From assembly GCA_964342375.1 (NCBI GenBank), contig CAYFFA010000001.1, positions 1-48,652 of the forward strand: a stretch of DNA of 48,652 nucleotides, in the 5' to 3' direction. The notes under the pieces are model-generated. The model was given only the letters and a program-made list of their open reading frames with translations, searched no databases and was not told the origin of the DNA. Below, piece after piece: positions 36,119-43,763 of the stretch. The stretch comes from an uncultured Dehalococcoidales bacterium. Lineage in GTDB: Bacteria > Chloroflexota > Dehalococcoidia > Dehalococcoidales > CAYFFA01. The translations under genes were made by a program, and so were the position numbers. How positions within the stretch are numbered: the stretch's first letter is position 1; each line of letters begins with the position of its first letter.

Positions 36119-37069
36119 ATGCTCAAAACAGATATTTGTGAGCTTTTTGGCATCGAGCACCCTATTATTCAGGGGGGGATGGCCCATCTGGGCACAACTG
36201 AGCTTGTTTCAGCCGTTTCCGACGCCGGTGGACTGGGAATTATCGGCGCCGGTAATGCTGAACCGGAATGGGTAAGGCAGCAGATACATCTGGCCAGAGA
36301 GCAAACCAGTAAGCCTTTCGGAGTAAATATCATTATGATATCACCCTTCGCTAAGGAGGTAATAGAGGTAACCCTGGCAGAGAAGGTGTCACTGGTTACT
36401 TTTGGCGCCGGTAATCCCGGGGTTTATATTTCTCGCCTTAAAGAGGCGGGGATAAAGACAATGCCGGTAGTAGCCAGTGTTACCCTGGCCAAGCGATTGG
36501 AGCGGTCCGGCGCGGATGCTATTATAGCTGAGGGTATGGAGTCGGGAGGAGAGGTAGGAGAAACGACAACGATGGCTCTGGTGCCTCAGGTAGTGGACGA
36601 GGTGCAGATACCGGTAGTGGCTGCCGGCGGTATCGCTGACGGGCGCGGGCTAGCCGCTGCCCTGGCCCTCGGGGCTCAAGGGGTTCAGCTTGGGACTCGC
36701 TTTGCCTGTAGCGACGAATGTGTTGCCCATCCCAGATATAAATGGAAGGTCCTGAAGGCAGGAGACCGGTCTACAACAATTACCGCCCGGAGAACTGGTT
36801 ACCCCATGCGCTCCGTAGAGAACAGGCTAACGCGCCGATTCCATGAGATGGAAGATGCTGGCGCCTCTATAGATGAACTCAAAGCCCTCGGCAAGGGCAG
36901 GCTCCGCCTGGGGCTGATGGGGGGAGATGTTGATGAGGGCTCACTAATAGCCGGCCAGATTGCCGGATTAATAAAGGAAATCAAACCGGTGAATACCATC
37001 ATAGAAGAAATAATAACCGAGGCCGAAGCTATAATCGCCGGTCTCAATAAATTCTGCGGAGAGGACTAG
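36119..37069 (+). CDS. fabK: Enoyl-[acyl-carrier-protein] reductase II (FabK / NPD family)
   Basis: 316 aa. It has HPIIQGGMAHLG, AEGMESGGEVG and AAGGIADGRG, and lies next to fabD. Confidence 0.8.
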   Translation: MLKTDICELFGIEHPIIQGGMAHLGTTELVSAVSDAGGLGIIGAGNAEPEWVRQQIHLAREQTSKPFGVNIIMISPFAKEVIEVTLAEKVSLVTFGAGNPGVYISRLKEAGIKTMPVVASVTLAKRLERSGADAIIAEGMESGGEVGETTTMALVPQVVDEVQIPVVAAGGIADGRGLAAALALGAQGVQLGTRFACSDECVAHPRYKWKVLKAGDRSTTITARRTGYPMRSVENRLTRRFHEMEDAGASIDELKALGKGRLRLGLMGGDVDEGSLIAGQIAGLIKEIKPVNTIIEEIITEAEAIIAGLNKFCGED

Positions 37070-37071
37070 CC

Positions 37072-38025
37072 ATGACCGAACCAACCAAGGTAGCCTATAT
37101 CTTCCCCGGACAGGGCTCCCAGCGCGTAGGCATGGGGCGCGACCTATATGATAATTTTGAATCAGCCAGAGCCGTCTTCGAGGAGGCTGACAATACCCTT
37201 GGATTCCCTCTATCCCGCTTATGCTTCGAAGGCCCAGAGGGCGAGCTCCGTAAGACTGTTAACGCCCAACCGGCACTGGTAACCGTTAGTATTGCGTGTC
37301 TAAGGGCTGTCCATGAAGTGGGCCGCGGCGATGCCCTGCCACCGCCAGCATTTGTTGCCGGTCACAGCCTGGGCGAGTATACAGCGCTACCTGTAGCCGG
37401 TGTGCTCGATTTTATGCATACTGTCTATCTGGCTCGGGAGAGGGGACGGTTCATGTGGGAAGCCGGACTGAAGCAAGCCGGAAGCATGGCGGCAATAATC
37501 GGGCTGGATGAGTCCTCACTCACCGAGATATGTCAGGAGACCAACACCTGGATAGCCAATTTCAATAGCCCCGAACAGCTGGTAATCAGCGGGGCAAAGG
37601 AAAATCTGGCTCAAGCTATGGATTCGGCCAAGGCTAAAGGAGCGCTTCGTGTCATACCGTTACCGGTAAGTGGTGCCTTTCATACCCCACTCATGCAACC
37701 TGCGGTTGACGGTATGTCTGATATAATAGCCGCCCTTACCCTTAACAAGCCAGAGGTTCCTATTGTAGCCAACACTACCGCCCAGCCACTGACCACTGCT
37801 GAATCGATTAAGGAAGAGCTACTCAGGCAATTGTGCAATGGCATTCAGTGGCAGCGCTCTATTGAATATATGGTAAATAATGGCGTGTCCACCTTCATTG
37901 AGATAGGACCAGGAAATGTGCTGACCGGTCTCACCAGACGGATAAACAGGGATGCCAAGACTCTGAACATTGGCGGTGTAGACACGCTTAAGGACGTGGT
38001 GGGGGGAGACCTAGCGGGAGCCTAA
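37072..38025 (+). CDS. fabD: Malonyl-CoA:ACP transacylase
   Basis: 317 aa. It has FPGQGSQ, the active-site motif GHSLGEY and SGAFHTPLM. Confidence 0.92.
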   Translation: MTEPTKVAYIFPGQGSQRVGMGRDLYDNFESARAVFEEADNTLGFPLSRLCFEGPEGELRKTVNAQPALVTVSIACLRAVHEVGRGDALPPPAFVAGHSLGEYTALPVAGVLDFMHTVYLARERGRFMWEAGLKQAGSMAAIIGLDESSLTEICQETNTWIANFNSPEQLVISGAKENLAQAMDSAKAKGALRVIPLPVSGAFHTPLMQPAVDGMSDIIAALTLNKPEVPIVANTTAQPLTTAESIKEELLRQLCNGIQWQRSIEYMVNNGVSTFIEIGPGNVLTGLTRRINRDAKTLNIGGVDTLKDVVGGDLAGA

Positions 38026-38027
38026 CG

Positions 38028-38372
38028 GTGAATACAATTGATTCCTACCAGTTTGGGCAGATATTAGTCGCCGGCAAGGTGTATTCCTCGGATATAATCA
38101 TTTCTCCCGCCGGTATTAAGGATGACTGGTGGCGGAATAATGGTCATGAGCTGTGCCTTGAAGATATTGCCGGGGCTATATCCGAAAGTCCCGAGGTGCT
38201 AGTGGTTGGCACCGGAGCATCAGGATTGATGAAGGTGCTGCCTGACGTGAACCGGGCTACTCAAGCTCAAGGCATTGAGCTTATTGCGAAGACCACTGAT
38301 AAAGCCTGCAACATATATAATCAGTTGTGCTCTTCCCAAAGGGTAGTAGCTGCTCTCCACCTTACCTGCTGA
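38028..38372 (+). CDS. Mth938-like (DUF498) domain protein
   Basis: 114 aa with a GTG start 2 nt after fdbD's neighbour fabD stops. It has the F..I.V.GK.Y..DIII.P pattern and LVVGTGASG, typical of the Mth938 fold. Confidence 0.6.
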   Translation: MNTIDSYQFGQILVAGKVYSSDIIISPAGIKDDWWRNNGHELCLEDIAGAISESPEVLVVGTGASGLMKVLPDVNRATQAQGIELIAKTTDKACNIYNQLCSSQRVVAALHLTC

Positions 38373-38499
38373 ATGGAAAAAGCCGGCTATGTCAGTTTTA
38401 CCGACGACCCACAAGCATCAGGCTACGGAGGACATGGAGGCAGCCGAAGCAGCTGGACTAACCAGGGTGAGGTGGGATAACATTCACCTATTGTGGTGA

Positions 38500-38525
38500 C
38501 GGTGCAATAACCACCGATATTTTTT
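38500..38525 (+). terminator. Weak rho-independent terminator candidate after the fabK-fabD-Mth938 unit
   Basis: CGGTG-caataac-CACCG (38500-38516) followed by ATATTTTTT. Confidence 0.4.
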
Positions 38526-38540
38526 AACTACAGGTTGTTG

Positions 38541-38549
38541 TGCTAAAAT
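38541..38549 (+). promoter_or_regulatory. Extended -10 promoter element upstream of nusB
   Basis: TGcTAAAAT, about 25 nt upstream of the nusB ATG. Confidence 0.35.
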
Positions 38550-38574
38550 TTTCACTTAGGTATGGGGGAAGCTT

Positions 38575-38985
38575 ATGGCTGGGGAGCGACGAAGAGCGAG
38601 GATACTTGCCCTCCAAGCACTATATGAGGTTGACTCAGCAGGCCATGGGGTGGAAGAAACTTTAAACCGCTTTCTGGATGGGCAAAGTTTATCCGAAGAG
38701 AATACCACCTTTGTCCGCCAACTGGTGAGCGGGGTCATGCAGAATAAGGAAAAGATCGACCATAATATTCAAAGCTTCGCCCCGGCTTGGCCGATAAACC
38801 AGATCCCAGTAGTGGACAGGAATATCCTGAGACTTGCAATATTCGAAATTTTACTTGATAATAGAGTATCAGTAAAGGTTGTTATAAACGAAGCGGTCGA
38901 GCTAGCCAAGACATTTGGCAGTGATAATTCGCCAAAGTTTGTTAACGGAGTTTTAGGATCGGTGAGTTCTATCGCTGGTAGATAA
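38575..38985 (+). CDS. nusB: Transcription antitermination factor NusB
   Basis: 136 aa. It has [14 protein letters not shown] and the C-terminal block [25 protein letters not shown]. Confidence 0.92.
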   Translation: MAGERRRARILALQALYEVDSAGHGVEETLNRFLDGQSLSEENTTFVRQLVSGVMQNKEKIDHNIQSFAPAWPINQIPVVDRNILRLAIFEILLDNRVSVKVVINEAVELAKTFGSDNSPKFVNGVLGSVSSIAGR

Positions 38986-39011
38986 GAGCCTTTAAAAAGG
39001 GGGGAAAGAAA

Positions 39012-39272
39012 GTGGCATCAATTCATGAGCGTCTCAAGAAAATAGCTGTGGAGCAGCTAGGTGTAGAGGAAGATGAGGTGACACCTACGGCTAGCTTTGT
39101 TGACGATTTGGGTGCTGATTCTCTGGATTTGGTTGAACTGATAATGTCTCTGGAAGAAGAGTTTAGCAAGCCTTCGCAGAAAATTGAGATACCGGATGAG
39201 GACGCTGAAAAGATAGTTACCGTCCAGGACGCCATCGATTACCTCAAAGACCTAGGCGTTGATGATAATTAA
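39012..39272 (+). CDS. acpP: Acyl carrier protein
   Basis: 86 aa with a GTG start after AGGGGGGAAAG. The phosphopantetheine attachment motif is [20 protein letters not shown]. Confidence 0.92.
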   Translation: MASIHERLKKIAVEQLGVEEDEVTPTASFVDDLGADSLDLVELIMSLEEEFSKPSQKIEIPDEDAEKIVTVQDAIDYLKDLGVDDN

Positions 39273-39286
39273 GCAGAGCAACCAGC

Positions 39287-39988
39287 GTGATTAAAGCAAT
39301 ATTCTTTGACTGGTTTGATACCTTAGCCCGTTTTGAACATCCAAGGGAGTAATTACAGAGTCGGGCTCTTCGTGATTTTGGAGTTGAAATAACAGCCGGA
39401 GAACTAGTATCCCCTGTCCTGACTGCTGATAAATATTTCTTCGGAGAGATCGCCCGTTCACCAGTGGGGCGGAGAAATCCCGAGGAACAGGCCGAGGTTT
39501 ATATGCGCTATCATAATATAGTATTAACCGAGGCCGGGGTTAAAGCTGACCAGGAGCTAGTATTTAAGCTGATAAAGAAGGTGCAACAGCTATCTGAAGG
39601 AGCAACCTTCGTCCTCTTTGATGACGTGCTACCAACCATGAAGACATTAAAAGAACAAAAGTTTATTTTGGACTTGCTCACCAATGCCAGCAAGGATATG
39701 ATTTCTATTCACCGCAAACTGGGGCTGGAACCATATCTCAGCTTTATGGTTACATCCTAGGAGGCGGGGGCCGATAAGCCTGATCCTCCCATTTTTCAGG
39801 CGGCGCTGGAGCGAGCCGGGGCAAAGGCTTCAGAAGCAATTCATGTCGGCGACCAGTATAAACAGGATGTGACCGGGGCCAGAGGGGTGGGCATTAAGCC
39901 CGTGCTTATTGACCGTAATAATTTGTATCCCGAAGTCCGCGGCTGCTCCCGAATTTGCAACTCGGCCGAGTTAGCCCAACACCTTTAG
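39287..39988 (+). pseudogene. HAD-superfamily (subfamily IA, REG-2-like) hydrolase with two in-frame stop codons
   Basis: A single frame from GTG 39287 reads VIKAIFFDWFDTLARFEHPRE[TAA 39350-39352]LQSRAL...LDLLTNAS...FMVTS[TAG 39758-39760]EAGADKPDPPIFQAALERAG...IHVGDQYKQDVTGARGVGIKPVLI. All four HAD motifs are present and in order (FDxxDTL, hhhTN, KPDPxIF, GDxxxxDxxGA). Confidence 0.75.
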
Positions 39989-40028
39989 CGGCTAGCTTGA
40001 TCCCGCAAGACTCTCTATTATCCCAAAT

Positions 40029-41540
40029 TCAGGAATGCTTAACTGGGGCACTCTGTATCTTCTCAACGACCTTGCGAAAATGGAATCCCTGAATAGCAAA
40101 GGCTATGGATAGGGGGAAAACCTTCGGGTTTTTCAGCAGGGTTGAGACAAACAGCCGCCAGTAATACCTTCTCCCCTTTTCCTTGATACCCAAAAACCAT
40201 ACAGATTTAATAAGCGCCCTGATGTAGGAAAGGTTAATCCTGCCTTTCCTCTTCCCTTGAGGTTTATACTCCTTCAGAAATATTTTTACCCGTTCGTAAT
40301 AGGGTTTGGGCGAGTAGATTGTATCCAGGATATGCCTGTAGCCGTTCATAAGTGTTTCATAAGGCATTTTGGTGATGAAGTTCGTTGAACCGTCTGTATT
40401 GTCGCCAGAGCCACCCGGCAATAGACGGTTCTCCTTTTTCATGCGCTGGTACAGTCTTGTTCTGGGAGGAGCCATTAGCAAACCGACCATAGCGGTAACG
40501 ATTCCGCTTCTTTGAATGAAACTGATTTGGCTTCTGAAGATTGAGAGTGGGTCACTATCAAAACCGACTATAAATCCTCCCTGCACCTGAAAGCCGTGGT
40601 TTTGAATCTTCTTAACCGAAGCCAGTAAATCACGGTTCTTATTCGGTAGTTTATTACATTCGTCCAGACTCTCTTCATTCGGGCTTTCAATGCCAACAAA
40701 TACGGTGTCAAACCCCGCCTCAACCATTAATCGCATTAATTCCTCATCGTCGGCAAGATTCATAGATGCTTCCGTAAAGAATGCGAATGGATGCTTTTTC
40801 CCATTCATCCATTCCACTATTGCTGGCAGAGTCTCTGACTTTAGCTTTCGCTTATTGCCTATGAAATTATCATCAACAAAAAATACGCTACCGCGCCACC
40901 CATCCTTGTATAATGCATCCAGTTCTGCCACTATCTGGTCTTTACCTTTGGTTCGTGGTTTCTGCCCGTTCAGCACAACGATATCACAGAACTCACAATC
41001 GAAAGGGCAGCCTCGTGAATATTGAATCATCATTGACTGGTATTTTTTGCTGTTGACAAGTGACCACGTGGGAACAGAAGTTTTGGTTACATCCGGCCGT
41101 TCATCGGATACATAAATATGCCTGCCACATCCCTTCTCTAAGTCTTCCAGAAAGAGCGGCAGTACATTTTCAGCTTCACTAAGTACGAGATGGTCTACAT
41201 CATCAAAACCAAATTCTTCGTATCCGGTAGTAAAAAGAGGTCCACCGGCGACAGTTTTAGTCCCGAACTTCTTACACCGGTCAATAACTTCCCTCGCTGA
41301 ATCCTGTTGCACTGCCATAGCGCTGATGAACACATAATCAGCCCACTTAAGGTCTTTATCAGTCAGAGTGGCTATATTCAGATCTACAAGCTTTTTCCCC
41401 CAGTCATCAGGAAGCATTGTAGCCACTGTTAGCAGACCCAGAGGGGGGAAAATTGCCTTTTTAGAAATGAACCTCAGAGCATGCTTAAAGCTCCAGAAGG
41501 TATCCGGATACTGAGGATAAACCAGAAGTATTTTCATCAA
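40029..41540 (-). CDS. B12-binding radical SAM protein with DUF4070-type C-terminus
   Basis: 503 aa. It has an N-terminal cobalamin-binding-like domain (KILLVYPQYPDTFWSF...PPLGLL) and the radical SAM motif YSRGCPFDCEFCDI. Confidence 0.8.
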   Translation of the reverse strand: MMKILLVYPQYPDTFWSFKHALRFISKKAIFPPLGLLTVATMLPDDWGKKLVDLNIATLTDKDLKWADYVFISAMAVQQDSAREVIDRCKKFGTKTVAGGPLFTTGYEEFGFDDVDHLVLSEAENVLPLFLEDLEKGCGRHIYVSDERPDVTKTSVPTWSLVNSKKYQSMMIQYSRGCPFDCEFCDIVVLNGQKPRTKGKDQIVAELDALYKDGWRGSVFFVDDNFIGNKRKLKSETLPAIVEWMNGKKHPFAFFTEASMNLADDEELMRLMVEAGFDTVFVGIESPNEESLDECNKLPNKNRDLLASVKKIQNHGFQVQGGFIVGFDSDPLSIFRSQISFIQRSGIVTAMVGLLMAPPRTRLYQRMKKENRLLPGGSGDNTDGSTNFITKMPYETLMNGYRHILDTIYSPKPYYERVKIFLKEYKPQGKRKGRINLSYIRALIKSVWFLGIKEKGRRYYWRLFVSTLLKNPKVFPLSIAFAIQGFHFRKVVEKIQSAPVKHS

Positions 41541-41666
41541 GTTGTGCTCCTAAACTGTCCTCATCGTCCTAGCTCTATCTCTAATAGCCTACTATCTACC
41601 ATAGCACCTTTCTTTTCGTCAAGTAAAGTGGCTTGTGAGCCGGTTCCAGCACAGGCGTGTAGCCAC

Positions 41667-42530
41667 TCATTCTCCAGTTGCCGACTGCTTGGGAGAGCCG
41701 CCAAAGTAGACCTTGGTGTGGGGCCAGGGAATCTCGATGCCCTCTTCGTCAAACACCTTCTTAATCCTCCGCCTGAACTCACCCATCACGTCCCACTGTT
41801 TTATGGGCTGGGTTTCTCCCACCATCTTTATGGTTATGCCCGAATCTCCAAATTCGTCCACCCGCATGAGCCACGGTGTTTTCGCCAGCATGAAGTGTTC
41901 CCACTCCGGGTCTTCAGCCATCTCCTCCCAGGTCTTTCGCATGAGTGCCATAACCCTGTCAAGGTCTTCCTTGTAGGCTACGCTTATGTTGAGGTGAGCC
42001 CTTGACCACTCCTGGGTAAGATTGCTCAGTGTTCGAATCTCGCCATTGGGAACTACATGACGCGCCCCATCAAGATCTCTCAAGATAGTCCTCCTGAGAG
42101 ATATATCCTCTACCATGCCGGCTACGCCGCCTGCCTTTATCACATCGCCCACATTGTACTGATTTTCAAAGAAGACAAAGAATCCAGAGATGAGGTCGCG
42201 GATAAGCCACTGGGCGCCGAAGCCCACGGCAATCCCGACTATTCCCAGACCAGCTAAGGCAGCAGTAACATTAACCCCCGCCTGCTGAAGGGCAAGGGAG
42301 AGAGCGACTATCCCCAGGACTACACCTGAAACGCCCTTTATTATACGAGCAAGGGTATCCGCCCTCTTCTCTATCTCCGCCCTGCGTTTCCGCTTCATAT
42401 GGCGTTTCACCGACCTCTTTATTGCCATTGGAACAAAGTGCCGTATCATAAAATATACGCCGGCGGAGAGACCCAGGGTTACAAATATTTTCCATCCCGT
42501 TTGGGCAAGCCAGTTTGCTAAGCCTTCCAT
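41667..42530 (-). CDS. mscS: Small-conductance mechanosensitive channel (MscS family)
   Basis: 287 aa with three TM helices, followed by the beta-domain block VGDVIKAGGVAGMVEDISLRRTILRDLDGARHVVPNGEI. Confidence 0.85.
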   Translation of the reverse strand: MEGLANWLAQTGWKIFVTLGLSAGVYFMIRHFVPMAIKRSVKRHMKRKRRAEIEKRADTLARIIKGVSGVVLGIVALSLALQQAGVNVTAALAGLGIVGIAVGFGAQWLIRDLISGFFVFFENQYNVGDVIKAGGVAGMVEDISLRRTILRDLDGARHVVPNGEIRTLSNLTQEWSRAHLNISVAYKEDLDRVMALMRKTWEEMAEDPEWEHFMLAKTPWLMRVDEFGDSGITIKMVGETQPIKQWDVMGEFRRRIKKVFDEEGIEIPWPHTKVYFGGSPKQSATGE

Positions 42531-42602
42531 TTTTCCTCTCCGAAGTCTTTACAGCACTCGGTTAGATTGTTACCGATGAAAGTCATAATGTCAAGAACTC
42601 TG

Positions 42603-42631
42603 ATTGATAACCGTAGACTTCTCGATTACAC
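42603..42631 (+). promoter_or_regulatory. Sigma-70-type promoter candidate for the 42673 ORF
   Basis: TTGATA (42603-42608), a 17-nt spacer, then TACACT (42626-42631). The direct repeats TTCTCGAT (42618-42625 and 42650-42657) flank the -10 region and the start region. Confidence 0.4.
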
Positions 42632-42672
42632 TCATACCATAGACACTTATTCTCGATGTTCAGGAGGAGAAC

Positions 42673-42864
42673 ATGTTAGACCCTGCGGTTCATGCAAGTA
42701 TCATATCGGTTGCCGGCGAATGGGCGAAGGTGGTTATTGAAACTACCGAACCCCGCACCAAGCTGAGCAGGGCAAAGGCTACCAGCTTACTGCGCCGCGA
42801 TTTTGAAAGCGCATACAAAGAGCTCGTCATGGCGGTGCAGATACTCGAAAAAGACGATAAATAG
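42673..42864 (+). CDS. Hypothetical small protein (63 aa)
   Basis: A strong RBS AGGAGGAG lies 5 nt upstream of the ATG. I recognised no family. The gene is convergent with the HEPN gene. Confidence 0.5.
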   Translation: MLDPAVHASIISVAGEWAKVVIETTEPRTKLSRAKATSLLRRDFESAYKELVMAVQILEKDDK

Positions 42865-42947
42865 TCTTTCAGGGGCGGGATACTGAAAAGAGAGGCGGCA
42901 TAGAAAGAGCTGATGTCATCTCTTAAACTCCTATACACCTAACTAGC

Positions 42948-43763
42948 CTAGTACTTTATTTTAGCTTCAGTGTCTATGCATTTCACAAGGGTGTCTACTA
43001 TATCTATTGATTCCACCAAATATTTATTGGTGATAGATTTGTAGGTTCCCACCCTTAACGTGTTGTTCTTGACCATTTTCTAGAATTTCTGATTTACCAT
43101 TCCTTTATTATGTATGTGAATGTTCCTAGTTGCTAGAATCTCTGTTACGCTTTCAACCGATACTCCTGAATTATTCAGATTAATCTTGAATTTGCCCTCA
43201 AAATATTTGACAACGTTTGAGAATGAGTCATATTGTAGGTCTTCCACTTCTCTCTCTGCAAAATAGCTTATTATTTGCTTTCGCTCGCCTTGAGCAAGTA
43301 TTTCTTCGACGGTCAATTGTTTACCAGATTTAAGGGCATCAGGACGAGTTAACAATATTTCCCGAACGATATCAACAAGGTATCCTTCAAAGATTGACAC
43401 TAAATAGATTAAGCCAAGTATGCGGACAAGTTCGATAAATTGCCGAAACTTCTTCATTTCCATAGGCACAAATACATCTATATCGGTTAAGTCATCCAGT
43501 TTTTCGCCAAGTTCACCGGTTAGTTTCTCATCAGCTTTGGACAATCTAGATTTTCCATATTTATCAAGGAGGTCACCCATTCGCATCTCAAGTTGGGGTA
43601 ACTCTTTCCTAGCAGCTCGGACTTGTTTCTATAAAATTTTTACTTGCTTACCATACCACTCCTCAGTTGTACCGAGAAAATAGGTAAGCTTCCAGAAGCT
43701 GGAATCAAATGTTCGGGAACTCGCAGTATCTGTCTTACGCTTAAGTTGTTTCTTCTTCGCCAT
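42948..43763 (-). pseudogene. HEPN-domain (Rx4H) Abi/toxin-like protein, RiboL-PSP-HEPN-like, interrupted by two in-frame TAG codons
   Basis: The frame opens at ATG 43763, inside the last 7 codons of mfd and one base out of the mfd frame. It reads MAKKKQLKRK...WYGKQVKIL[TAG 43629-43631]KQVRAARKELPQLEMRMGDLL...IFEGYLVDIVREILL...VTEILATRNIHIHNKGMVNQKF[TAG 43080-43082]KMVKNNTLRVG...DTEAKIKY[TAG 42948-42950]. RNIHIH fits the HEPN Rx4-6H catalytic motif. The block is markedly AT-rich compared with mfd. Confidence 0.6.

Noticed and set aside
38373-38480. 35-codon ORF (MEKAGYVSFTDDPQASGYGGHGGSRSSWTNQGEVG) starting immediately after the Mth938-like gene stop (TGAATG)
   Set aside because: Start/stop adjacency is suggestive of coupling. 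However, the peptide is short and Gly/Ser-rich, and it has no recognisable motif. I cannot support it as a gene without conservation or expression data.
41628-41666. Hairpin GTGGCT...AGCCAC immediately after the mscS stop, as a possible terminator
   Set aside because: The stem is only 6 bp with a 27-nt loop, and the T-tract on the minus strand is interrupted (TTTACTT). This is too weak to call.
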